Assembly: GCA_964016885.1 (NCBI GenBank) | Contig: OZ024743.1 | Span: 68,324,001 to 68,388,000, forward strand | Length of the DNA: 64,000 bases | Direction: 5' to 3' | From: Eledone cirrhosa | Lineage: Eukaryota | Part shown: one piece after another, positions 42,186-55,454 of the stretch | Layout of the letters: each line of letters begins with the position of its first letter | Numbering within the stretch: the stretch's first letter is position 1 | Program-made: the position numbers and the translations under genes | Notes under the pieces: model-generated | The model's database searches: none | Seen by the model: only the letters and a program-made list of their open reading frames with translations | Told to the model about the DNA's origin: nothing

Positions 42186-45100
42186 ATAGATAATTTAATA
42201 TATCAACTAACATAAGCGCACAGATGCACGCCCATGCCAGCAAATACACAGGTTATGTCATAGTACCTAGGTGGTTCAATGCAGGAGAATGCAGAACAAT
42301 AATATAAAGGACGTAAAATAAGAAAATATTTTTTTAAAAAAAATTTAAAAAAAATTTTTTTCTTACTTAAATTTTCACTCCAACTAATTAGTTTCTGCAA
42401 TGGGATAAAGACAGTTACGTAATCCAACTGTCGAGAATTCATTGCGTCATCAGGAAGTCTATTCTCAGTTAAGTCTCCAGGCAATGCGCGGACACTGGCG
42501 GCTCATATAAAAATAATAATAATTCGGTAGATCGAACAGCTTGCGAGGACTGGATTCTATGTACCGAAATTCTCACTGCTTCAAGTCAAATGGCCGATTC
42601 TAAAGAATCAATCACGTGACACCGAGGCTAGTTAGAAGGAATGGGATGGTAAGATGACTGACGCCTACTAACACCCCAAAAAAAAATTTTTTTAGAAGTG
42701 GTTTTGACAAGTTTGCTCGACAAATCAGTGATTTGGAGATAAATATAGATAATTTAATATATCAACTAACATAAGCGCACAGATGCACGCCCATGCCAGC
42801 AAATACACAGGTTATGTCATAGTACCTAGGTGGTTCAATGCAGGAGAATGCAGAACAATAATATAAAGGACGTAAAATAAGAAAATATTTTTTTTAAAAA
42901 AATTTAAAAAAAATTTTTTTCTTACTTAAATTTTCACTCCAACTAATTAGTTTCTGCAATGGGATAAAGACAGTTACGTAATCCAACTGTCGAGAATTCA
43001 TTGCGTCATCAGGAAGTCTATTCTCAGTTAAGTCTCCAGGCAATGCGCGGACACTGGCGGCTCATATAAAAATAATAATAATTCGGTAGATCGAACAGCT
43101 TGCGAGGACTGGATTCTATGTACCGAAATTCTCACTGCTTCAAGTCAAATGGCCGATTCTAAAGAATCAATCACGTGACACCGAGGCTAGTTAGAAGGAA
43201 TGGGATGGTAAGATGACTGACGCCTACTAACACCCCAAAAAAAAAATTTTTTTAGAAGTGGTTTTGACAAGTTTGCTCGACAAATCAGTGATTTGGAGAT
43301 AAATATAGATAATTTAATATATCAACTAACATAAGCGCACAGATGCACGCCCATGCCAGCAAATACACAGGTTATGTCATAGTACCTAGGTGGTTCAATG
43401 CAGGAGAATGCAGAACAATAATATAAAGGACGTAAAATAAGAAAATATTTTTTTTTTTAAAATTTAAAAAAAATTTTTTTCTTACTTAAATTTTCACTCC
43501 AACTAATTAGTTTCTGCAATGGGATAAAGACAGTTACGTAATCCAACTGTCGAGAATTCATTGCGTCATCAGGAAGTCTATTCTCAGTTAAGTCTCCAGG
43601 CAATGCGCGGACACTGGCGGCTCATATAAAAATAATAATAATTCGGTAGATCGAACAGCTTGCGAGGACTGGATTCTATGTACCGAAATTCTCACTGCTT
43701 CAAGTCAAATGGCCGATTCTAAAGAATCAATCACGTGACACCGAGGCTAGTTAGAAGGAATGGGATGGTAAGATGACTGACGCCTACTAACACCCCAAAA
43801 AAAAATTTTTTTAGAAGTGGTTTTGACAAGTTTGCTCGACAAATCAGTGATTTGGAGATAAATATAGATAATTTAATATATCAACTAACATAAGCGCACA
43901 GATGCACGCCCATGCCAGCAAATACACAGGTTATGTCATAGTACCTAGGTGGTTCAATGCAGGAGAATGCAGAACAATAATATAAAGGACGTAAAATAAG
44001 AAAATATTTTTTAAAAAAAAATTTAAAAAAAATTTTTTTCTTACTTAAACTTTCACTCCAACTAATTAGTTTCTGCAATGGGATAAAGACAGTTACGTAA
44101 TCCAACTGTCGAGAATTCATTGCGTCATCAGGAAGTCTATTCTCAGTTAAGTCTCCAGGCAATGCGCGGACACTGGCGGCTCATATAAAAATAATAATAA
44201 TTCGGTAGATCGAACAGCTTGCGAGGACTGGATTCTATGTACCGAAATTCTCACTGCTTCAAGTCAAATGGCCGATTCTAAAGAATCAATCACGTGACAC
44301 CGAGGCTAGTTAGAAGGAATGGGATGGTAAGATGACTGACGCCTACTAACACCCCAAAAAAAAATTTTTTTAGAAGTGGTTTTGACAAGTTTGCTCGACA
44401 AATCAGTGATTTGGAGATAAATATAGATAATTTAATATATCAACTAACATAAGCGCACAGATGCACGCCCATGCCAGCAAATACACAGGTTATGTCATAG
44501 TACCTAGGTGGTTCAATGCAGGAGAATGCAGAACAATAATATAAAGGACGTAAAATAAGAAAATATTTTTTTTAAAAAAATTTAAAAAAAATTTTTTTCT
44601 TACTTAAATTTTCACTCCAACTAATTAGTTTCTGCAATGGGATAAAGACAGTTACGTAATCCAACTGTCGAGAATTCATTGCGTCATCAGGAAGTCTATT
44701 CTCAGTTAAGTCTCCAGGCAATGCGCGGACACTGGCGGCTCATATAAAAATAATAATAATTCGGTAGATCGAACAGCTTGCGAGGACTGGATTCTATGTA
44801 CCGAAATTCTCACTGCTTCAAGTCAAATGGCCGATTCTAAAGAATCAATCACGTGACACCGAGGCTAGTTAGAAGGAATGGGATGGTAAGATGACTGACG
44901 CCTACTAACACCCCAAAAAAAAATTTTTTTAGAAGTGGTTTTGACAAGTTTGCTCGACAAATCAGTGATTTGGAGATAAATATAGATAATTTAATATATC
45001 AACTAACATAAGCGCACAGATGCACGCCCATGCCAGCAAATACACAGGTTATGTCATAGTACCTAGGTGGTTCAATGCAGGAGAATGCAGAACAATAATA

Positions 45101-48100
45101 TAAAGGACGTAAAATAAGAAAATATTTTTAAAAAAAAAATTTAAAAAAAATTTTTTTCTTACTTAAACTTTCACTCCAACTAATTAGTTTCTGCAATGGG
45201 ATAAAGACAGTTACGTAATCCAACTGTCGAGAATTCATTGCGTCATCAGGAAGTCTATTCTCAGTTAAGTCTCCAGGCAATGCGCGGACACTGGCGGCTC
45301 ATATAAAAATAATAATAATTCGGTAGATCGAACAGCTTGCGAGGACTGGATTCTATGTACCGAAATTCTCACTGCTTCAAGTCAAATGGCCGATTCTAAA
45401 GAATCAATCACGTGACACCGAGGCTAGTTAGAAGGAATGGGATGGTAAGATGACTGACGCCTACTAACACCCCAAAAAAAAATTTTTTTAGAAGTGGTTT
45501 TGACAAGTTTGCTCGACAAATCAGTGATTTGGAGATAAATATAGATAATTTAATATATCAACTAACATAAGCGCACAGATGCACGCCCATGCCAGCAAAT
45601 ACACAGGTTATGTCATAGTACCTAGGTGGTTCAATGCAGGAGAATGCAGAACAATAATATAAAGGACGTAAAATAAGAAAATATTTTTTAAAAAAAAATT
45701 TAAAAAAAATTTTTTTCTTACTTAAACTTTCACTCCAACTAATTAGTTTCTGCAATGGGATAAAGACAGTTACGTAATCCAACTGTCGAGAATTCATTGC
45801 GTCATCAGGAAGTCTATTCTCAGTTAAGTCTCCAGGCAATGCGCGGACACTGGCGGCTCATATAAAAATAATAATAATTCGGTAGATCGAACAGCTTGCG
45901 AGGACTGGATTCTATGTACCGAAATTCTCACTGCTTCAAGTCAAATGGCCGATTCTAAAGAATCAATCACGTGACACCGAGGCTAGTTAGAAGGAATGGG
46001 ATGGTAAGATGACTGACGCCTACTAACACCCCAAAAAAAAATTTTTTTAGAAGTGGTTTTGACAAGTTTGCTCGACAAATCAGTGATTTGGAGATAAATA
46101 TAGATAATTTAATATATCAACTAACATAAGCGCACAGATGCACGCCCATGCCAGCAAATACACAGGTTATGTCATAGTACCTAGGTGGTTCAATGCAGGA
46201 GAATGCAGAACAATAATATAAAGGACGTAAAATAAGAAAATATTTTTTTTAAAAAAATTTAAAAAAAATTTTTTTCTTACTTAAATTTTCACTCCAACTA
46301 ATTAGTTTCTGCAATGGGATAAAGACAGTTACGTAATCCAACTGTCGAGAATTCATTGCGTCATCAGGAAGTCTATTCTCAGTTAAGTCTCCAGGCAATG
46401 CGCGGACACTGGCGGCTCATATAAAAATAATAATAATTCGGTAGATCGAACAGCTTGCGAGGACTGGATTCTATGTACCGAAATTCTCACTGCTTCAAGT
46501 CAAATGGCCGATTCTAAAGAATCAATCACGTGACACCGAGGCTAGTTAGAAGGAATGGGATGGTAAGATGACTGACGCCTACTAACACCCCAAAAAAAAA
46601 TTTTTTTAGAAGTGGTTTTGACAAGTTTGCTCGACAAATCAGTGATTTGGAGATAAATATAGATAATTTAATATATCAACTAACATAAGCGCACAGATGC
46701 ACGCCCATGCCAGCAAATACACAGGTTATGTCATAGTACCTAGGTGGTTCAATGCAGGAGAATGCAGAACAATAATATAAAGGACGTAAAATAAGAAAAT
46801 ATTTTTAAAAAAAAAATTTAAAAAAAATTTTTTTCTTACTTAAACTTTCACTCCAACTAATTAGTTTCTGCAATGGGATAAAGACAGTTACGTAATCCAA
46901 CTGTCGAGAATTCATTGCGTCATCAGGAAGTCTATTCTCAGTTAAGTCTCCAGGCAATGCGCGGACACTGGCGGCTCATATAAAAATAATAATAATTCGG
47001 TAGATCGAACAGCTTGCGAGGACTGGATTCTATGTACCGAAATTCTCACTGCTTCAAGTCAAATGGCCGATTCTAAAGAATCAATCACGTGACACCGAGG
47101 CTAGTTAGAAGGAATGGGATGGTAAGATGACTGACGCCTACTAACACCCCAAAAAAAAATTTTTTTAGAAGTGGTTTTGACAAGTTTGCTCGACAAATCA
47201 GTGATTTGGAGATAAATATAGATAATTTAATATATCAACTAACATAAGCGCACAGATGCACGCCCATGCCAGCAAATACACAGGTTATGTCATAGTACCT
47301 AGGTGGTTCAATGCAGGAGAATGCAGAACAATAATATAAAGGACGTAAAATAAGAAAATATTTTTTTTAAAAAAATTTAAAAAAAATTTTTTTCTTACTT
47401 AAATTTTCACTCCAACTAATTAGTTTCTGCAATGGGATAAAGACAGTTACGTAATCCAACTGTCGAGAATTCATTGCGTCATCAGGAAGTCTATTCTCAG
47501 TTAAGTCTCCAGGCAATGCGCGGACACTGGCGGCTCATATAAAAATAATAATAATTCGGTAGATCGAACAGCTTGCGAGGACTGGATTCTATGTACCGAA
47601 ATTCTCACTGCTTCAAGTCAAATGGCCGATTCTAAAGAATCAATCACGTGACACCGAGGCTAGTTAGAAGGAATGGGATGGTAAGATGACTGACGCCTAC
47701 TAACACCCCAAAAAAAAAATTTTTTTAGAAGTGGTTTTGACAAGTTTGCTCGACAAATCAGTGATTTGGAGATAAATATAGATAATTTAATATATCAACT
47801 AACATAAGCGCACAGATGCACGCCCATGCCAGCAAATACACAGGTTATGTCATAGTACCTAGGTGGTTCAATGCAGGAGAATGCAGAACAATAATATAAA
47901 GGACGTAAAATAAGAAAATATTTTTTTTTTTAAAATTTAAAAAAAATTTTTTTCTTACTTAAATTTTCACTCCAACTAATTAGTTTCTGCAATGGGATAA
48001 AGACAGTTACGTAATCCAACTGTCGAGAATTCATTGCGTCATCAGGAAGTCTATTCTCAGTTAAGTCTCCAGGCAATGCGCGGACACTGGCGGCTCATAT

Positions 48101-50683
48101 AAAAATAATAATAATTCGGTAGATCGAACAGCTTGCGAGGACTGGATTCTATGTACCGAAATTCTCACTGCTTCAAGTCAAATGGCCGATTCTAAAGAAT
48201 CAATCACGTGACACCGAGGCTAGTTAGAAGGAATGGGATGGTAAGATGACTGACGCCTACTAACACCCCAAAAAAAAATTTTTTTAGAAGTGGTTTTGAC
48301 AAGTTTGCTCGACAAATCAGTGATTTGGAGATAAATATAGATAATTTAATATATCAACTAACATAAGCGCACAGATGCACGCCCATGCCAGCAAATACAC
48401 AGGTTATGTCATAGTACCTAGGTGGTTCAATGCAGGAGAATGCAGAACAATAATATAAAGGACGTAAAATAAGAAAATATTTTTTAAAAAAAAATTTAAA
48501 AAAAATTTTTTTCTTACTTAAACTTTCACTCCAACTAATTAGTTTCTGCAATGGGATAAAGACAGTTACGTAATCCAACTGTCGAGAATTCATTGCGTCA
48601 TCAGGAAGTCTATTCTCAGTTAAGTCTCCAGGCAATGCGCGGACACTGGCGGCTCATATAAAAATAATAATAATTCGGTAGATCGAACAGCTTGCGAGGA
48701 CTGGATTCTATGTACCGAAATTCTCACTGCTTCAAGTCAAATGGCCGATTCTAAAGAATCAATCACGTGACACCGAGGCTAGTTAGAAGGAATGGGATGG
48801 TAAGATGACTGACGCCTACTAACACCCCAAAAAAAAATTTTTTTAGAAGTGGTTTTGACAAGTTTGCTCGACAAATCAGTGATTTGGAGATAAATATAGA
48901 TAATTTAATATATCAACTAACATAAGCGCACAGATGCACGCCCATGCCAGCAAATACACAGGTTATGTCATAGTACCTAGGTGGTTCAATGCAGGAGAAT
49001 GCAGAACAATAATATAAAGGACGTAAAATAAGAAAATATTTTTTTAAAAAAAATTTAAAAAAAATTTTTTTCTTACTTAAATTTTCACTCCAACTAATTA
49101 GTTTCTGCAATGGGATAAAGACAGTTACGTAATCCAACTGTCGAGAATTCATTGCGTCATCAGGAAGTCTATTCTCAGTTAAGTCTCCAGGCAATGCGCG
49201 GACACTGGCGGCTCATATAAAAATAATAATAATTCGGTAGATCGAACAGCTTGCGAGGACTGGATTCTATGTACCGAAATTCTCACTGCTTCAAGTCAAA
49301 TGGCCGATTCTAAAGAATCAATCACGTGACACCGAGGCTAGTTAGAAGGAATGGGATGGTAAGATGACTGACGCCTACTAACACCCCAAAAAAAAATTTT
49401 TTTAGAAGTGGTTTTGACAAGTTTGCTCGACAAATCAGTGATTTGGAGATAAATATAGATAATTTAATATATCAACTAACATAAGCGCACAGATGCACGC
49501 CCATGCCAGCAAATACACAGGTTATGTCATAGTACCTAGGTGGTTCAATGCAGGAGAATGCAGAACAATAATATAAAGGACGTAAAATAAGAAAATATTT
49601 TTTAAAAAAAAATTTAAAAAAAATTTTTTTCTTACTTAAACTTTCACTCCAACTAATTAGTTTCTGCAATGGGATAAAGACAGTTACGTAATCCAACTGT
49701 CGAGAATTCATTGCGTCATCAGGAAGTCTATTCTCAGTTAAGTCTCCAGGCAATGCGCGGACACTGGCGGCTCATATAAAAATAATAATAATTCGGTAGA
49801 TCGAACAGCTTGCGAGGACTGGATTCTATGTACCGAAATTCTCACTGCTTCAAGTCAAATGGCCGATTCTAAAGAATCAATCACGTGACACCGAGGCTAG
49901 TTAGAAGGAATGGGATGGTAAGATGACTGACGCCTACTAACACCCCAAAAAAAAATTTTTTTAGAAGTGGTTTTGACAAGTTTGCTCGACAAATCAGTGA
50001 TTTGGAGATAAATATAGATAATTTAATATATCAACTAACATAAGCGCACAGATGCACGCCCATGCCAGCAAATACACAGGTTATGTCATAGTACCTAGGT
50101 GGTTCAATGCAGGAGAATGCAGAACAATAATATAAAGGACGTAAAATAAGAAAATATTTTTTTAAAAAAAATTTAAAAAAAATTTTTTTCTTACTTAAAT
50201 TTTCACTCCAACTAATTAGTTTCTGCAATGGGATAAAGACAGTTACGTAATCCAACTGTCGAGAATTCATTGCGTCATCAGGAAGTCTATTCTCAGTTAA
50301 GTCTCCAGGCAATGCGCGGACACTGGCGGCTCATATAAAAATAATAATAATTCGGTAGATCGAACAGCTTGCGAGGACTGGATTCTATGTACCGAAATTC
50401 TCACTGCTTCAAGTCAAATGGCCGATTCTAAAGAATCAATCACGTGACACCGAGGCTAGTTAGAAGGAATGGGATGGTAAGATGACTGACGCCTACTAAC
50501 ACCCCAAAAAAAAAATTTTTTTAGAAGTGGTTTTGACAAGTTTGCTCGACAAATCAGTGATTTGGAGATAAAACGTAACTGTCTTTATCCCATTGCAGAA
50601 ACTAATTAGTTGGAGTGAAAATTTAAGTAAGAAAAAAATTTTTTTTTAATTTTTTTTAAATAAATATTTTCTTATTTTACGTC

Positions 50684-50690
<7 letters not shown>
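42186..50690 (-). mobile_element. Retrozyme-like tandem array: 15 x 559/560-bp units plus an inverted terminal arm (50573-50690), embedded in (TA)n
   Basis: Unit starts at 42186, 42745, 43305, 43864, 44423, 44982, 45541, 46100, 46659, 47218, 47778, 48337, 48896, 49455 and 50014. Units are near-identical and each contains an HHR. Confidence 0.85.
42377..42458 (-). ncRNA. Type I hammerhead ribozyme (unit 1; repeated in all 15 units)
   Basis: ACUUC-CUGAUGA-C-GCAAUG[loop containing hairpin GACAGUU/AACUGUC]CAUUGC-A-GAA-ACUAAUUAGU-U^GGAGU. Predicted cut between 42382 and 42381. Confidence 0.8.
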
Positions 50691-50750
<60 letters not shown>

Positions 50751-50756
50751 GATATG

Positions 50757-50850
<94 letters not shown>

Positions 50851-50856
50851 GATATG

Positions 50857-50903
<47 letters not shown>

Positions 50904-50905
<2 letters not shown>

Positions 50906-52973
50906 CAGGTTTAGTGCTCTGTGTGGAGAGTCAGAGGAGAGAGAGATTGGATGGACTGAGGAGAGTGTGACGAGGAGGTACGGGCACTTCACCAATGCAG
51001 TGGCGAAAGCAAGTGAAACCCTGGTGCCGAGGAAAAAGAACAAAGGGAAGCACGTCAGCTCTGCAGACCCAAAAGTGTGTGCAGCCAGAGAACACCTGAA
51101 AGCTGCCAGGGACCAATTCTATGCTGATCCTACGGAGGAGAGGATGGAGACTGTGGAGGTGATGAGGGAAGAGCTCTGTACCGCTTACACTGAGGTCAGA
51201 GAGGAGGCACTGATAGAGAAGATCAGAAGTGTGGAGAGAGCGGTTGACAGATCTGGATGTAAGGAGAGCTGGATGATCATCAACGAGATCACAGGGAGGA
51301 AGAAAAGGTGTTCGAGTCAGATCCAGGGAACGGGGCCCGAGGATAGGAAGAGGAAATGGCTAGACCATTTTAGGACCCTACTAGGAGAGCCACCCTCCAC
51401 AGCCCAGAGCACTGGGGAGATCAGGCGGCTGTTTGAGGAACTGGATGTTGAGACAGAGCCCTTCACCAGAGAGGAGCTTCAGAGAGCCAAGAAGAAGATC
51501 AAGGAGGGCAAGGCTCATGGAGAAGATGGAGTAGCATCAGAGGTGATGAAGTGGTGTGATTTTGATGATATCATCCTGGGGTTCTGTAACGGGGCACTGG
51601 AGAAGGGAGTTGCCCCGAATCAGTGGAGGATCAGTAACATCGTCCCAGTGCCAAAGAAGGGAGATCTCTCTAACACCAACAACTACCGGGGGATCTCACT
51701 GACGTCACTTGTGGCAAAGACCCTCAACAGGATGATTCTTAACAGGATCCAGCCTGAGATGGAGAAGAAGCTCAGGGACAACCAGAACGGCTTCAGAGAG
51801 GGTAGATCAACCACCAGTCACATCCTGATGCTGAGGAGGATATTAGAGGGAGCTAGAGCAAAGTGCCTTCCTGCGGTCATGGTTTTCATTGACTTTAGGA
51901 AGGCCTTTGATTCTGTGGACCGTTACTGCCTGATGAAGATCTTACAGGCTTATGGAATCCCCAAGAGGATAGTGGACCTGATATCACTGCTCTACACCAA
52001 CACCAAAGCCCAAGTCATTACACCTGATGGGATGACAGAGTTCTTTGAGATACTGGCTGGAGTGCTCCAGGGAGATACATTGGCTCCCTACCTTTTTATC
52101 ATCGTAGTGGACTATTGTATGCGCCTTGCACTGGAGAAACACCAGGACTCTGGCTTTACTGTAGCACCGGCTCAGAGCAGGAGAGTTGGGGCGAAAAAGG
52201 TATCGGATGCTGAATTTGCCGACGACATAGTTTTGGTGACAAATACAGTGAAGGAGGCAGAGGATTTGATGCGGGAGGTTGAGACTGTGTCGATGAGTGT
52301 GGGGCTGAGAATGAATGAGACTAAAACAAAATATCTGGTAGAGAATGTTGAGAAGCCAGAGGGGATCACTAATGTAGGCGGGAAGCCGCTGGAATTGGTT
52401 GAGGACTTCCTGTATTTGGGAGCAAAGATTGGGAATACGGAAGATGATGTGGTTGAGAGGAAGAGCAAGGCCTGGGCAGCGTGCCACAGCTTGAGATCGG
52501 TGTGGAAGTCGGACCTTCGTAGAGACCTGAAAATCCGCCTCTTCATTGCTGTAGTGGAGTCTGTGCTGCTGTATGGGTCTGAGACTTGGACACTGACCAA
52601 GAGACTCACTCAGATGGTGGATGGGTGCTACACGAGAATGCTGAGGATGGCTCTGAACATTAATCAGTATACACTGAGGATGAAAAACTCAGAGCTGTAT
52701 GGGAGCCTCCCAAAAGTCAGCTCAAAAGTGACACAGAGGAGACTGAGGTTGGCTGGACATGCTCACCGACATCCAGAGTTGACATTGCACTCCGTGCTCC
52801 TTTGGGAGCCCCTACATGGACACACTGGAAGAGGAAGACCAAGGTTAACATATGTTGATGCCCTAAGGACAGACACTGGTCTGTTGGAGACGCAGGACAT
52901 GGCAGCGATAATGAGGGACAGAGACCGCTGGAGAGAACTCGTCCATGGATCTCGGGAATTTTACCCGCCTTAG
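50904..52973 (+). mobile_element. 5'-truncated RTE-clade LINE with an uninterrupted RT reading frame
   Basis: [62 protein letters not shown]. No stops; (TA)n on both sides; no APE domain. Confidence 0.93.
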
Positions 52974-52975
52974 AT

Positions 52976-53139
<164 letters not shown>

Positions 53140-53278
53140 TTATTAATCTTCAGAAGATCCCGTTAAGGGTAAAAGCAGCGATTCTTTAATCTGTTATTTT
53201 AATAAATATTTGGTCTACGGTTCTTATATATTTGATATATATTTATCCTTATCGAGCCTCTTTGGATTTTATTATTAT

Positions 53279-53319
<41 letters not shown>

Positions 53320-53322
<3 letters not shown>

Positions 53323-53867
53323 TCGGGTCGTTGGCGACTAAACTGGCAACCCCACCAAGGTTTCTTGGTGAGGAGGGTGACTTTGGCATCCTGCAGGACT
53401 AAAAACAAACCTGTCAAAGGGCAAAGGAGCTCTTGAGAGTCAATGGCCATCCACAATCACCGGGAGAGATGACCCCTTAGCCTTTGTCAAGGCAGAATTC
53501 TAGGAGAGGGAAAACTCTGATATAACACCTGCAACCTGATGGTATCCAATGATGTTGACTTGTTCTTCTTTTTGGTAAATATCATATTGGTTAAGAGAGT
53601 GGGACTGGCTTTGTGCAGTGCCTTTGCTCACTATAAAAGCTTCACGGCACAGGCATTTCTCTATATCTGGAGATCTCTCTGCACTTGTCGTCACATTGTA
53701 CCATGGGCCCAGCACTGTGTGTAAAGCATTGTCACAAGTGTAGTGTTTGTACCAGAGTTTTCAAGTCGCTGGCTGGACTAAAAAGTCACACTCGTTCAGC
53801 GCATCGGTAGGGGTTCTGCTACATGGATATAAAGTAGTGGCCGTACTCGAAAACGAGTTGGCAGCCA

Positions 53868-53870
<3 letters not shown>
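53320..53870 (+). mobile_element. Internally deleted (bipartite) RTE-derived non-autonomous element
   Basis: RTE 5'UTR-like CTAGGAGAGGGAAAACTCTGA joined to a 3' C2H2 remnant CSVCTRVFKSLAGLKSHTRSAH*; (TA)n flanks. Confidence 0.6.
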
Positions 53871-53911
<41 letters not shown>

Positions 53912-54017
53912 TTATTAAAATAACAGATAAATATTTGCTCTACTGTTCTTATATATCTGATATATATTTATCCTTATCGAGCCCTCTTTGGACTTTAGTC
54001 TTCAAATTTATTATTAT

Positions 54018-54092
<75 letters not shown>

Positions 54093-54099
<7 letters not shown>

Positions 54100-54546
54100 G
54101 TGGATTTGTTGCTTAAATATGTATAAATAATTATTTCTATTTTTCATGTCATATATTTTTACCTGAGTTATTTTATCTATTTCAAAAGAGCTGAAGGGTC
54201 AACAACCTCAAGTTCAGTCAAGGGAATTAAAGGTTTTACACACTGATAAGTGTAGACAGAATTGTGTCCCTTGATTCCAATATCAAACTTTCCTTTGTTT
54301 GGAGCTAAAGTTGTCAATGGAAAGAACTTCCCTTTTCCTATATTTATCCTCGTACCCGATGAAGAGTCAGTTTGGAAGTGCCTCCTCCAACATGAAGTGG
54401 TGTCCATTACTGGACTCCGAAACCGATGGTCAGACCTACATGTTAAGTGTATGAAGCATTGTTTATACTAAATAATCATTCGTTCAACAGATTGAGCATA
54501 GTTTTCCTTGAACTTTCATCTACGGAAATCGTACCCCACCTCCAAC

Positions 54547-54614
<68 letters not shown>

Positions 54615-55059
54615 GGGGTGTTTGTGTAGGATTTCCGTAGATGAAAGATCAAGGAAAACTATGCTCAATCTGTTGAACGAATGCTTATTTAGTATAAACA
54701 ATGCTTCATACACTTAACATGTATGGTGACCATTGGTTTCGGGGTCCAGTGATGGACACCACTTCATGTTGGAGGAGGCACTTCCAAACTGACTCTTCAT
54801 CGGGTACGAGGATAAATATAGGAAAAGGGAAGTTCTTTCCATTGACAACTTTAGCTCCAAACAAAGGAGAGTTTGATATTGGAATCAAGGGACACAATTC
54901 TGTCTCCACTCATCAGTGTGTAAAACCTTTAATTCCCTTGACTGAACTTGAGGTTGTTGACCCTTCAGCTCTTTTGAAATAGATAAAATAACTCAGGTAA
55001 AAATATATGACATGAAAAATAGAAATAATTATTTATACATATTTAAGCAACAAATCCAC

Positions 55060-55066
<7 letters not shown>
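54093..55066. repeat. Inverted repeat of about 440-bp arms around a (CA)n(TA)n(TG)n core
   Basis: 54093-54530 versus about 54629-55066. Contains an incomplete HHR-like motif (CCGAUGA...GAAACC-GAU-GGUC). Confidence 0.85.
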
Positions 55067-55111
<45 letters not shown>

Positions 55112-55153
55112 CCCATGCTAGCGTGGTAGAACCGACGTAAAACGATGATGATG

Positions 55154-55197
<44 letters not shown>

Positions 55198-55306
55198 TAT
55201 TTATTCAAAATACAAATATGTATGCGTGATCATTGGTTACAACGTACTGGTGTCATCTTCAGGTCTCTTTCAACAGGCCGTTATGCTGTGTGGATGTTAT
55301 GTGCTT

Positions 55307-55454
55307 GAAGAAGAAGAAGAAGAAGAAGAAGAAGAAGAAGAAGAAGAAGAAGAAGAAGAAGAAGAAGAAGAAGAAGAAGAAGAAGAAGAAGAAGAAGAAG
55401 AAGAAGAAGAAGAAGAAGAAGAAGAAGAAGAAGAAGAAGAAGAAGAAGAAGAAG
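55307..55454. repeat. (GAA)n microsatellite
   Basis: Pure tract. Confidence 0.97.

Noticed and set aside
42203-42484. 93-aa ORF repeated in array units
   Set aside because: It has a non-ATG start, no recognisable domain, and is interrupted by a stop in the other units depending on the T/A tract.
42186-50572. CRISPR array or 5S/tRNA/snRNA gene cluster
   Set aside because: There are no unique spacers and no recognisable pol III or snRNA gene sequence in the unit.
50754-50903. N-terminus of the 739-aa ORF
   Set aside because: It is microsatellite read-through; the true LINE sequence starts at about 50904 (NRFSAL).
53320-53420. Twister or HDV-like ribozyme at the RTE 5' end
   Set aside because: GAGGAGGGT is suggestive, but the other conserved twister motifs and a convincing HDV P1-P3 fold could not be found by eye.
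54177-54982. Mirror-image ORFs in inverted arms (also 41070/41108 and 56402/57085)
   Set aside because: They are by-products of the inverted repeats and carry no domain motifs.
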